Made by a program: the position numbers and the translations under genes. A model generated the notes under the pieces. That model was given only the letters and a program-made list of their open reading frames with translations. It was not told where the DNA came from and made no database searches. From positions 1-45,320 of the forward strand of contig CBIHPQ010000001.1 of NCBI GenBank assembly GCA_966211825.1: a DNA stretch of 45,320 nucleotides, given 5' to 3'. This DNA comes from an uncultured Dyadobacter sp. GTDB taxonomy: Bacteria > Bacteroidota > Bacteroidia > Cytophagales > Spirosomataceae. This document shows positions 29,441 through 38,663 of the stretch, piece by piece (position 1 is the first letter of the stretch; the number at the start of each line of letters is the position of its first letter).

Positions 29441-29653
29441 ATGAAACACGCACCACAATTTCGTTCCAAAAGGGAAGAGGAGCGCGAAGCGCTTAAAAAC
29501 ACACTGGGATACAAGGTTTGGAGTGTCATGTTTACGCTGCTGTATCCGTTCATCGCCATTTTTACATTCCTTTTTTCAGGAATTGTAATGATTTTCTCAG
29601 GTATCTCACGCGTGCTGGCTTACCTGTTCGGAGGTAGCCATGCCAGACGCTAG
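29441..29653 (+). CDS. Small membrane protein (70 aa)
   Basis: ATG after an AT-rich spacer; hydrophobic C-terminal half; fills the gap in a co-directional run. Confidence 0.6.
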   Translation: MKHAPQFRSKREEEREALKNTLGYKVWSVMFTLLYPFIAIFTFLFSGIVMIFSGISRVLAYLFGGSHARR

Positions 29654-30440
29654 CCACACTGCCTACCCGCCTTCCTATGTTGCGGAGCTGCTTGATGAAA
29701 AGGTAGCACAATACAACAAGCCGGATTTCATCCCTTTCGACCCTATCAGCATTCCGCACCGGTTTTCTGTCAAGCAGGATATTGAAATCATGGGTTTCTG
29801 GGCCGCTGTACTAGCGTGGGGGCAGCGCAAAACGATTATCAACAAATGTCTGGAACTGGCCGCATTAATGGACAATGCGCCTTACGACTTCGTCCGAAAC
29901 CACCACGAAAGCGACCTCAAACCGTTCCTGAATTTCAAACACCGCACCTTCAACGCGACCGATACGCTCTATTTCCTGCATTTCTTTCAGGAATATTACA
30001 AAATCCACGATTCGCTGGAATTCGCGTTCAGCAGTCATATGAAAACCGATGAGGTAACCATTGAAAAGGGCCTGATCGGTTTCCACGATCTTTTTTCCAA
30101 CTCAGAAAACTTTCCCGCACGTACGCGCAAGCACATAGCCACGCCCGTGCGCAAATCATCCTGCAAGCGCCTGAACATGTTCCTGCGCTGGATGGTGCGT
30201 AAGGACGAGCATGGCGTCGATTTCGGTATCTGGAACACGATCCGCCCCGCGCAGCTCGTATGCCCGTGCGACGTGCATGTAGACCGCGTAGCGCGCGTGC
30301 TGGGCCTCATCAAACGCCCGGTTACCAATTGGCAAACCGCCACCGAGCTCACAGCCTCCCTCCGGCTGCTGGATCCTAGCGACCCTGTGAAGTATGACTT
30401 TGCATTGTTTGGGTTGGGGATTGAGGGATTTGCCAGCTGA
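29640..30440 (+). CDS. TIGR02757/DUF2400 family protein
   Basis: DPISIPH, CKRLNMFLRWMVR, DVHV, DPVKYDFALFGLG. Confidence 0.9.
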   Translation: MPDASHTAYPPSYVAELLDEKVAQYNKPDFIPFDPISIPHRFSVKQDIEIMGFWAAVLAWGQRKTIINKCLELAALMDNAPYDFVRNHHESDLKPFLNFKHRTFNATDTLYFLHFFQEYYKIHDSLEFAFSSHMKTDEVTIEKGLIGFHDLFSNSENFPARTRKHIATPVRKSSCKRLNMFLRWMVRKDEHGVDFGIWNTIRPAQLVCPCDVHVDRVARVLGLIKRPVTNWQTATELTASLRLLDPSDPVKYDFALFGLGIEGFAS

Positions 30441-30595
30441 CCTACACTTTGACCTCACCATTATGCCACAAAAAAACGCAACCGAGCCATTCAGTTAAGG
30501 GTTTGTGTGATCCTACTCGCGGCGACTCACATTTGTAGCTGTTACAAAAGTCGTCGTCAGACGCATTTCTATTTTTCACTCTAAATAGTCGTGGT

Positions 30596-32311
30596 ATGAT
30601 CAAAAATTACAAAAGCTTCACTTTGGCTCTTATGGGTTGCTGCATTTCGCAAATGGTTTCGGCGCAAACACACTTCGGTATGGGTGCGGGTATGCAAGGA
30701 CAATTCCACTCACATTTTGGCGTAGACGCCGGGAAGGTAAGTACCGGCGCATTTAATACTTTCATCGGGCAAGAATCCGGGGCTAGTAATCAGTTCGCCA
30801 ACGACAACACGTTTGTAGGCTACAAATCGGGCGCGCTGAATACCGCCGGGATAGACAATACCTTCATTGGAAGTTTAGCCGGGAAGATAAATACAACAGG
30901 TTTTCAAAATGTTTTTTTAGGCAAAAATGCGGGCGGAGCTAATGTTAACGGAGGGTTAAATGTTTACCTGGGCTTTGAAGCTGGCGCCGCTAATGCCATG
31001 GGGACAGGTAATTGTGCAATAGGGGCTCGTGCTAATTATCTGGGTGCCATTGGGAACTACAATACTTTTCTGGGACAACAAGCAGGCGAGGCAAATAGCG
31101 GCAACGACAATGTCGTAATCGGATTTGCTTCCGGCACCAAAAACAAGGGAAATTCGAACGTTTTCACGGGCAATTATGCTGGATACAGTAACGCGTCCGG
31201 GTATGAAAATACTTATATTGGAGAGAATGCGGGTTACACAGGCTCGGCAGGTTACCATAATACTTATGTGGGATCCAAAGCCGGATTTTTCAATCAGAAT
31301 GGTGCGGAGAACGTATTTCTGGGAAATTGGTCAGGCTACAACAATGCTAACGGCCAGGGAAACACATTTCTGGGCTTTCACGCCGGTGTGACCAATACGG
31401 GAGGAAAGCGGAATACCTATGTTGGCCACAATGCAATGGGTGACTCTACCCTCATTAATGCAACTGCGATTGGTGCTTCCACAAAGGTTACTGCCAGTAA
31501 TAGCCTGGTATTGGGCTATAAGGCCAACGTAGGCATCGGCGTCTCGGCTCCCGCATTCCAGCTTCATCTCAGCACCGATGCAGCCGCCAAAGCCGGCTCG
31601 CCCGACTGGATAGTTGCCTCCGACAATCGCCTCAAAAAGAACATCATTAACTTCACCGACGGTTTGAATCTTCTCAAACAAATCCGCCCGGTCTGGTTCC
31701 AATATAATGGCAAAGCGGGCATTGAAACGGGCGACAAAAAGTTCGTAGGCATAATCGCGCAGGAAATGCAGAAAATAGCGCCCTACACGATTGATACATT
31801 CATTCACCAGGATTCATTGGGAAACAAAACGGAATACCTGGATTATGACGCTAATGCAGTCACTTACATTCTGATCAACTCCGTGAAAGAGCAGCAGCAG
31901 GTAATTGAGAAGAAGGATGCGGAATTGAAAGAAATGAGTTCACAAGTAGCGGCTTTGTCGAACCGCCTCGATCAGTTGGAGCGGATGGTGGCGGGCAATG
32001 GTGCAAAACCTTTGAATGGCAGCGAGGCGCGCGTTGAACCGAATGCGAATGGAGTGGTTCTAGAGCAAAATGTGCCGAATGGCTTTTCCGGGAGTTCCGC
32101 GATTAAATATTTCATTCCTCAATCTGTTAAGGAAGCGTCTGTGGATGTGTACTCTGTCAATGGTGTCAAAATAAATTCTTATCCGGTGAAGGAGCGCGGA
32201 AATGGTATGCTGACGATTTCAGCCACGGATTTTCAAAATGGCGTCTTTCTGTATGACCTCGTAACCGATGGTAAAAGCAATGGCGTGAAGAAAATGGTCG
32301 TTCAAAAATAG
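30596..32311 (+). CDS. Secreted beta-helix repeat protein with peptidase-S74 (intramolecular chaperone) domain and T9SS-type C-terminal domain
   Basis: Signal peptide; many 14-aa NTF(I/V)G..AG repeats; SDNRLKKNI…GIIAQE; coiled coil; LEQNVPNGF…KKMVVQK. Confidence 0.8.
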   Translation: MIKNYKSFTLALMGCCISQMVSAQTHFGMGAGMQGQFHSHFGVDAGKVSTGAFNTFIGQESGASNQFANDNTFVGYKSGALNTAGIDNTFIGSLAGKINTTGFQNVFLGKNAGGANVNGGLNVYLGFEAGAANAMGTGNCAIGARANYLGAIGNYNTFLGQQAGEANSGNDNVVIGFASGTKNKGNSNVFTGNYAGYSNASGYENTYIGENAGYTGSAGYHNTYVGSKAGFFNQNGAENVFLGNWSGYNNANGQGNTFLGFHAGVTNTGGKRNTYVGHNAMGDSTLINATAIGASTKVTASNSLVLGYKANVGIGVSAPAFQLHLSTDAAAKAGSPDWIVASDNRLKKNIINFTDGLNLLKQIRPVWFQYNGKAGIETGDKKFVGIIAQEMQKIAPYTIDTFIHQDSLGNKTEYLDYDANAVTYILINSVKEQQQVIEKKDAELKEMSSQVAALSNRLDQLERMVAGNGAKPLNGSEARVEPNANGVVLEQNVPNGFSGSSAIKYFIPQSVKEASVDVYSVNGVKINSYPVKERGNGMLTISATDFQNGVFLYDLVTDGKSNGVKKMVVQK

Positions 32312-32334
32312 GTTATTATCGGTTTTTTTAACAC

Positions 32335-32366
32335 AAAAGCGGGCTCCCTTACAGAAGCCCGCTTTT
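32335..32366. terminator. Bidirectional terminator
   Basis: AAAAGCGGGCT / AGCCCGCTTTT inverted repeat between convergent genes. Confidence 0.88.
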
Positions 32367-32389
32367 ACTATTTATTCCAAAATTACTTC

Positions 32390-35300
32390 TTACAAAACCG
32401 CAGTCTCAAACCGTACCGACTCAACGGAAAACAAGGGCTTGTTCCCTGCTTCGGCGTTTTTAAACACAAAATAAACCTTGTGCAGTTTGCCGTCGGCCGG
32501 GGCTTTCACAGGAATGCTGATCGTTTCTGCCTTGTCCACTTTGCCTTCACCGATTTTGGTGCCGGCCACACTGTCGAGGCGGATTTCCAACGTTCCGCCA
32601 GCCGACTGACCTGCCTTGCTGGCTACGGAAACTGCCAATTTCGATATCTCAGTCAGGTCGATGTCGTCGAATGCTAGGAAGCCGCCATCTTTCATCCCGA
32701 TCACCATTTCACTGCCATTCTCGCCCTTGTATTTGAAGGTGTTTCTAGTCGTGTCGGCCATGTTTGCCATTAGCGTCGAAGGACGGAGCGCCACGGTTTT
32801 GGAGCCTGTCAATGGGCCCATGTTGCCGTTACCTTTGTCGGTGTAGCTGGCGGTGAAAATGTAGGAGCCGTCTTTTTTCTTCGCCTGCGTTACGTATGAG
32901 CTTTTCAATGGCTTTTTATCAACCGCTTTTTCATTCGCCAGCGAAAGAATGTATTTAACCATTTCTTCCACTTCCTCAGGTTTGTGCTGCGGGTGGCCCG
33001 GCATTGCCTGCTCGCCCCAAACGCCGCTTCCGCCTTTGAGCACCTTGTCGGTCAGTGTTTTCAATGAATTGCGTTCGCTCTTATATTTCTTGGCTACTTC
33101 GCGATATGCAGGCCCAATTGATTTTTTATCGACCGAATGGCACGCTTTGCAGTCGCTCAGCTCGATCATGCGCTTGCCGGTTTCGAAACCCGTATTGGCC
33201 TGGTGACCCTGTGCGAGTTGCGTTTTGTCGAAACCTTCGAGGTAGTTGATCGTGAGCGTTACCTCATCTTCCGGGATTTTTTTGGTAGCCAGGCTGCCAT
33301 CTTCCTTGTCGGATACCGACACTTCGTAATTCACAGGCTTATCATTCCAATAAAAGGTTTTATTGCCTTTAATGGCCACATCCACTTTCGGAACTGCATT
33401 ACCCACGCGTACGATCACTTCCGATGTATTTGAATTACCCGCATTGTCGGTCACTTTCAACGTTGCGGTATATTCTCCCGGTTTGGAATAGGTAAAACTC
33501 GGGTTGGCCAATGCACTTTTAGGAAGTCCTTTGCCGAACGACCATTCATATTTGATTGGATCGCCATCGTGGTCCATGGAGCCTTTGGAAGAGAAATTCA
33601 CTTTCAGAGGAACTGCACCTGTCGTGTTGGTAGCGCTCGCTGTCGCTACCGGCACGCGGTTACCCGCATTGAAGGTAATGTGCGAAAGGCTGGCCTCGTC
33701 ATTCTGTGCAAACCAGTTCGGGCCGTATTCCAAGGTGTAAAGCGAGCCGTCGTTGGCAAACTGCATGTCGATCGGGTGGCTGAATTTGGTGCCGGGGAGG
33801 AACCGCTCGATGCTTTGCAGATCGCCTTTTTCATTCATTGTCACGATATTAATGTAATCGCGGATCCAGTCATAAGCAAAGAACTTGCCATTGTAGTACG
33901 AAGGGAATTTGTTTTTACTGTCCTGAAAATCAGCGGCGTAGTAAACAGGCCCCGCCATTGCATTACGTCCGCCTTTGCCAACGATCGGGCCAAAGTCTGG
34001 TGAATCGGCATATGGGTAATAGATAAATGCAGGTTGAGCAGGCGGAAGCTCCTGGATACCGGTGTTATGCGGCGAGTTATTGATCGGTTTCAACGGATCG
34101 AACGGTTTGCCCGAAGTGCTGTCCGCGAAATTGAAATCGATGTAAGGTTTATTGTCGGCGATGAACAACGGGTAACCGAAATAGCCCGCTTTTCTGGCCT
34201 GGTTTACCTCGTCATAACCTCTCGGGCCGCGCTTCGGATCATCCACAGAAGCATCCGGGCCGACATCACCCCAGTAGAGGTAACCCGTGTGCTGATCCAC
34301 CGAAATGCGGTAAGGATTACGGGTACCCATTACATAAATCTCCGCGCGGGTTTTCTCAGTCCCGGGAGGGAATAGGTTGCCTTCGGGAATGTCGTACAGG
34401 TTGGTGCCGCCCGGCATATTCGCGCGGCGGTCGCCGTAGCGCGGCTTAATGCGCAATACTTTTCCTCTCAATGAATTGGTATTGGAAGAAGAATGCTGTC
34501 CGTCCCAGCCTTCACGACCCGGACGCTCGTCGATGGGGCCGTAACCGTTCGATTGGAATGGATTCACGTCATCGCCAGTCGAAAGATAGAGATTACCCTT
34601 GCTATCCCAGGCAATGGAGCCGCCGGTATGGCAGCAATCCGTCCTTTTTACGGGCACAGTCAAAAGCACTTCTTCCGTGCTGAGGAGCACGGTATCTTTT
34701 ACATCATCATATTTGAACCGCGACAAATGCTGAGCCGTATCCTTTTCCGACGAAGGCGGCGAGTAATACATATATATCAGCTTGTTTGTCTTGAAGTTAG
34801 GGTCGATGTTCAGGCCCATTAACCCGTATTCCTGCTTGGTATAAACAGGCACATCTCCAACGATTTTTACCTTACCGGTTTTAGGGTTGAAAAGTTTTAC
34901 TTTTCCTTTTCTTTCTGTAAAAAGTACGCGCTGATCATCGAGGACCACCAGTTCCGTCGGCTCGTCGAGCTTGGTTGCAAGTACTTTTTTGGTAAAACGG
35001 TTTTCTTCCGGGCGTGATTTGGCATAATCCAGTTTGGAAGCCATTGCCCAGTTGAGGCCGCCTGTGAGATGCTTTACAAAAACAGGGTTGACAAATGTTG
35101 CATCTTCATGCCCGAAATTGGTGTAGAAGGCCCGCCCGCCGTCAAACTCGTGGTACCACGACATCGGGTGATTGTCGCCCATCTTGCCGTCCTTATAAGT
35201 TTTCTCGTCGATCTTGACGAGGACATTTACCTTCTCATTGAAGTTTTTGAAATCATAAAACTCATCCTTGACCTTCCACTTTTGGGGAAAACCATCCATG

Positions 35301-35797
35301 GACGGGTGCTTGTCGTTCACCACGTAAGCCTCGCCTTCCTGCACATTCGGGTTGCCCGGGTGGCTCAGGAACTGTGCACCGGCCAGCTTGTTGTACCATG
35401 GCCATTCATATTCGGTGTCCGTCGCGGCGTGGATGCCCACGTAACCGCCACCCGCCTGAATGTAACGTTCAAATGCATCCTGCTGCTTGTCGTCCAGCAC
35501 ATTGCCCGTGGTGTTCAGGAAGATGACAGCGCTGTATTTTTGCAGGTTTTTGTTGGTAAAAACAGTCGAATTCTCGGTCGTATCCACTGCAAATCCGGTT
35601 TCCTTGCCCAGTTTGATGATAGCAGTTTTCCCTGCCGGGATAGACGAATGCCGGAACCCGGCTGTTTTCGAGAATACCAGCACGCGCTTTTCCGGCGTCA
35701 CCGTCTGGGCCGTAGCCACCAGACTGCAACAGGCCAGGGCCGCAACGCCGGCAATCCTGAAACGTTTCAATACTTTTTGAAAAGGGGATTCACTCAT
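32390..35797 (-). CDS. ThuA + GSDH-like beta-propeller + PKD + cytochrome c + CBM6-like fusion protein
   Basis: VLVFSKTAGFRHSSI (ThuA); CCHTGG, GTRNPYR (GSDH-like); DHDGDPIKYEW (PKD); CKACH heme motif. Start taken at ATG 35797; signal peptide follows. Confidence 0.85.
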   Translation of the reverse strand: MSESPFQKVLKRFRIAGVAALACCSLVATAQTVTPEKRVLVFSKTAGFRHSSIPAGKTAIIKLGKETGFAVDTTENSTVFTNKNLQKYSAVIFLNTTGNVLDDKQQDAFERYIQAGGGYVGIHAATDTEYEWPWYNKLAGAQFLSHPGNPNVQEGEAYVVNDKHPSMDGFPQKWKVKDEFYDFKNFNEKVNVLVKIDEKTYKDGKMGDNHPMSWYHEFDGGRAFYTNFGHEDATFVNPVFVKHLTGGLNWAMASKLDYAKSRPEENRFTKKVLATKLDEPTELVVLDDQRVLFTERKGKVKLFNPKTGKVKIVGDVPVYTKQEYGLMGLNIDPNFKTNKLIYMYYSPPSSEKDTAQHLSRFKYDDVKDTVLLSTEEVLLTVPVKRTDCCHTGGSIAWDSKGNLYLSTGDDVNPFQSNGYGPIDERPGREGWDGQHSSSNTNSLRGKVLRIKPRYGDRRANMPGGTNLYDIPEGNLFPPGTEKTRAEIYVMGTRNPYRISVDQHTGYLYWGDVGPDASVDDPKRGPRGYDEVNQARKAGYFGYPLFIADNKPYIDFNFADSTSGKPFDPLKPINNSPHNTGIQELPPAQPAFIYYPYADSPDFGPIVGKGGRNAMAGPVYYAADFQDSKNKFPSYYNGKFFAYDWIRDYINIVTMNEKGDLQSIERFLPGTKFSHPIDMQFANDGSLYTLEYGPNWFAQNDEASLSHITFNAGNRVPVATASATNTTGAVPLKVNFSSKGSMDHDGDPIKYEWSFGKGLPKSALANPSFTYSKPGEYTATLKVTDNAGNSNTSEVIVRVGNAVPKVDVAIKGNKTFYWNDKPVNYEVSVSDKEDGSLATKKIPEDEVTLTINYLEGFDKTQLAQGHQANTGFETGKRMIELSDCKACHSVDKKSIGPAYREVAKKYKSERNSLKTLTDKVLKGGSGVWGEQAMPGHPQHKPEEVEEMVKYILSLANEKAVDKKPLKSSYVTQAKKKDGSYIFTASYTDKGNGNMGPLTGSKTVALRPSTLMANMADTTRNTFKYKGENGSEMVIGMKDGGFLAFDDIDLTEISKLAVSVASKAGQSAGGTLEIRLDSVAGTKIGEGKVDKAETISIPVKAPADGKLHKVYFVFKNAEAGNKPLFSVESVRFETAVL

Positions 35798-35875
35798 TAT
35801 GATTGGTTGGTTAACGTAGAAAAACCTATCTTCCATAAGGAAGACAGGTTTTTAATATACTTGTAGGATCGACAA

Positions 35876-36928
35876 TTATAGACCTAAAACCTTGCGGTTA
35901 AATGCCTCATCTGCACCGGTTCCGGCGAAGTCGTCGAACGCTTTTGTAGTCACTTCGATAATATGGCTTTCAATGAACGGTGCTCCTTCCGCCGCGCCTT
36001 GCACGGGCGACTTGATGCAGCATTCCCATTCGAGGACCGCCCAGCTGTCGTAATTGTATTGCGACAGTTTAGAGAAAATACTTCCGAAATCCACCTGTCC
36101 GTCACCCAGTGAGCGGAAACGTCCCGCGCGATCGGCCCAGCCTGCGAAGCCGCTGTACACACCTTGCTTGCCTGTTGGGTTGAATTCCGCGTCTTTTACG
36201 TGGAACGCCTTGATGCGATCGTGGTAGAGATCGATGAATTGAAGGTAATCCAACTGCTGCAACACAAAGTGGCTGGGGTCGTAGTTGATGTTCGCGCGGG
36301 TATGGCCGCCGAGGTAATCTACAAACATTTCGAATGTAGTACCGTCGAACAGGTCCTCGCCCGGGTGCAGCTCGTACGCTACATCCACGCCATTTTCGTC
36401 ATACACATCCAGAATAGGCTTCCAGCGGGTCGCCAGTTCTTTGAATGCGGTTTCGACAAGGCCGGCAGGGCGCTGTGGCCATGGATACAGGAAAGGCCAG
36501 GCCAATGCTCCTGAGAACGTCGCGCTGGCTTTCAGGCCCAATCTGCGGCTTGCCTGTGCCACATATTTCAAATGCTGCGTAGCCCATTCCGCACGCGCTT
36601 TCGGGTTATTGCGAACTTCCGGTACTGCAAAGCCATCATACATTTCATCATAAACCGGGTGCGAAGCCACCAGTTGTCCGATGATATGCGAAGCCAATTC
36701 TGTGATTTCGAGCCCCTTATCGGCCAGTTTGCCTTTCAGCTCATCCGCATAAGTCTGCGACTCTGCTGCCTGCTTCACATCGATCACGCGCGGGTCCCAG
36801 GTGGGAAGTTGCAATCCTTTATAACCCAGGCCGGCCATGTAGTCGGCGATGGTATCCAATGAGTTGAACGGAGCCTCGTCGCCTAAAAATTGGGCGAGGA
36901 ATATTCCGGGTCCTTTTATTGTCTTCAT
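35876..36928 (-). CDS. Sugar phosphate isomerase/epimerase (AP_endonuc_2 TIM barrel)
   Basis: YELHPGED, YDPSH, FHVKDAEF, VLEWEC metal-binding motifs. Confidence 0.88.
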   Translation of the reverse strand: MKTIKGPGIFLAQFLGDEAPFNSLDTIADYMAGLGYKGLQLPTWDPRVIDVKQAAESQTYADELKGKLADKGLEITELASHIIGQLVASHPVYDEMYDGFAVPEVRNNPKARAEWATQHLKYVAQASRRLGLKASATFSGALAWPFLYPWPQRPAGLVETAFKELATRWKPILDVYDENGVDVAYELHPGEDLFDGTTFEMFVDYLGGHTRANINYDPSHFVLQQLDYLQFIDLYHDRIKAFHVKDAEFNPTGKQGVYSGFAGWADRAGRFRSLGDGQVDFGSIFSKLSQYNYDSWAVLEWECCIKSPVQGAAEGAPFIESHIIEVTTKAFDDFAGTGADEAFNRKVLGL

Positions 36929-36939
36929 ATTTTTTAATG

Positions 36940-36984
36940 TTGAATGACTGAATGATTGAATGACTGAATAAAATGATTGAATGG
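36940..36984 (+). repeat. Tandem 8-mer array TGAATGAY (left arm)
   Basis: TGAATGAC TGAATGAT TGAATGAC TGAAT-aaaatgat-TGAATGG. Confidence 0.9.
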
Positions 36985-36998
36985 CTTTGATTGAATTC

Positions 36999-37364
36999 CT
37001 ATCTGGTGTTTTTTCTGGCTTTGGCGAGAATTTTGACTAATTCCTCTGCTTCGGCCATTAACGCACTCAATTTCTCAGAAGGTAATATGCCAGCTTCGGC
37101 CATTATCTCCATCCAGAAAAGTGATTCGTCCGCTTCTTCAATGGTGACACTGATTTTTGCGAAGAATTCGTTTTGACTCCTGGCTCTGCACACTGCCCGA
37201 TAATTGGCTCCAACAGAAGAAGCAGATCTTAGAAACTGCTTTCCTACAATCCGTGCTTCTTCTGTTGATGGTAATGCTTTAAAAACTTTAATACTACGCA
37301 ATACAAAGTGCTTAGTGCGATCTTGCAATTGCGAGACAAAGTCTCGTTTTTCATCAACAGCCAT
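36999..37364 (-). CDS. Four-helix-bundle protein (23S rRNA IVP / TIGR02436-like)
   Basis: QFLRSASSVGANYRA…F.AKI…EEADESLFW…EAEELVKIL; 121 aa from ATG 37364. Confidence 0.92.
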   Translation of the reverse strand: MAVDEKRDFVSQLQDRTKHFVLRSIKVFKALPSTEEARIVGKQFLRSASSVGANYRAVCRARSQNEFFAKISVTIEEADESLFWMEIMAEAGILPSEKLSALMAEAEELVKILAKARKNTR

Positions 37365-37399
37365 ATCAGAGTGTATGTTAACAAAAGAGCACCAGCGCC

Positions 37400-37431
37400 C
37401 CATTCAATCATTCAGTCATTCAATCATTCAA
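37400..37431 (-). repeat. Tandem 8-mer array TGAATGAY on the minus strand (right arm, inverted)
   Basis: Plus strand reads CCATTCA ATCATTCA GTCATTCA ATCATTCA A. Confidence 0.9.
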
Positions 37432-37433
37432 AA

Positions 37434-38579
37434 TTAAATTTTAACCCAAGCCTCTTTCTTATTGCTTTCCAAAATCCGCTCGCAAATCAGCAACTCACGA
37501 TATCCATCCGCGAATGTTGGGAAGGTCGGGTTCTCGGGTTGCTTGCCGGCTGCGATGGCGGCGTACACTTCTTTGAACATTTGTTTCGAAGTATCGGGGA
37601 AGCCTTCGTTGTGGCCGCCCGGGAAAGTGATGGTCGAGCGTACGTCTTCGTTTACGAGGGATGGGTCGCGGAGGAGTACTTCGTTGGCCTTGTCGCGGTT
37701 ACCGATCCACATTTCGTTCGGCGATTCGGAGCACCAGCTAAAAGTCTTTTTAGAACCGGAGATTTCCAGGGACATGCGGTTTTTACGGCCAGCCGAAACC
37801 TGTGAAACGGTGATCACACCCTTGTTCCCATTGTCGAAACGGAGCAATACGTTGGCATGGTCTTCCGTATTGATGGGTACATCGGCGTAATCTTCCGGTT
37901 GCAGGAGTTTGCCCGAGTAAGTCTCAACGGCTTTCAAAGGCTTCTTGCGAGTTTTGTGAACCGTATTGAAATCCGCGAAAACCGCTACCGTTTTAAGGCC
38001 GGTAATGTATTCCAGAATGTCCATCAAATGAGAGCCGATATCAGCGATAGCGCGGGAGTCACCGGATTTGTCCGGTTCAAGGCGCCAGTTATAATCGGTA
38101 TTGTAGAACAGCCAGTCTTGCAGGTAAGAGCCGATGAAAGAATAAATCTCGCCCAGTTCACCTTTTTCGCGCATCGACTTCATTTGGCGAGCCAAAGGAT
38201 AGTAACGCAGGTTGAAGTGTACGGCATTCACCAGACCGGTTTTAGCGGCCAGCTCAACGAGTTCTTCCGCTTCTGCGAGGTCTTTCGCCAGTGGTTTTTC
38301 ACAAATCACGTGCTTGCCAGCCAGCAATGCGGCTTTGGACTGTGAGTAATGCAAAAAGTTAGGTGTACAAATGTGGACAGCCTGAATGTCATCCTGCTTC
38401 AACAGTTCGTCGAACGTGTAGGAACGGGCAATGCCAAGCGCGTCAGCTTTTTCCTTGGCCAGTTCTGCGGTCACTTCGCAAAGTGCGGCAACTTCTACAT
38501 TAGGAAGACGTCTCAATGCTTCAATATGTGCGGGGCCAATGAAGCCTGTACCGACAACGCCAACTTTGATTTTGTTCAT
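37434..38579 (-). CDS. Gfo/Idh/MocA family oxidoreductase
   Basis: VGTGFIG, HICTPN, CEKPL, DIGSH. Confidence 0.92.
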   Translation of the reverse strand: MNKIKVGVVGTGFIGPAHIEALRRLPNVEVAALCEVTAELAKEKADALGIARSYTFDELLKQDDIQAVHICTPNFLHYSQSKAALLAGKHVICEKPLAKDLAEAEELVELAAKTGLVNAVHFNLRYYPLARQMKSMREKGELGEIYSFIGSYLQDWLFYNTDYNWRLEPDKSGDSRAIADIGSHLMDILEYITGLKTVAVFADFNTVHKTRKKPLKAVETYSGKLLQPEDYADVPINTEDHANVLLRFDNGNKGVITVSQVSAGRKNRMSLEISGSKKTFSWCSESPNEMWIGNRDKANEVLLRDPSLVNEDVRSTITFPGGHNEGFPDTSKQMFKEVYAAIAAGKQPENPTFPTFADGYRELLICERILESNKKEAWVKI

Positions 38580-38663
38580 AAATGGGTATGGAATGATTGG
38601 TGAAAAACAGTCCGCTCTCGCGGGTTAATTGAGATGTAGATTAATTGAGTTGAGTATTCAGGA

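Noticed and set aside
29441..29653. Small ORF as the missing lasso precursor
   Set aside because: It is hydrophobic and membrane-like, lacks a YxxP/penultimate-Thr leader pattern and lies about 12 kb away.
30463..30498. Tiny ORF MPQKNATEPFS upstream of the S74 gene
   Set aside because: Only 11 codons, with no supporting signal.
30596..32311. Prophage remnant
   Set aside because: The gene has a signal peptide and a T9SS-like tail, and no other phage genes or att sites are evident.
36999..37364. Four-helix-bundle gene as part of a diversity-generating retroelement
   Set aside because: No reverse transcriptase or template/variable repeat pair was seen in the window.
36940..37431. 8-mer arrays as a CRISPR array or IS terminal repeats
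   Set aside because: There are no unique spacers, no cas genes, no transposase and no evident target-site duplication.
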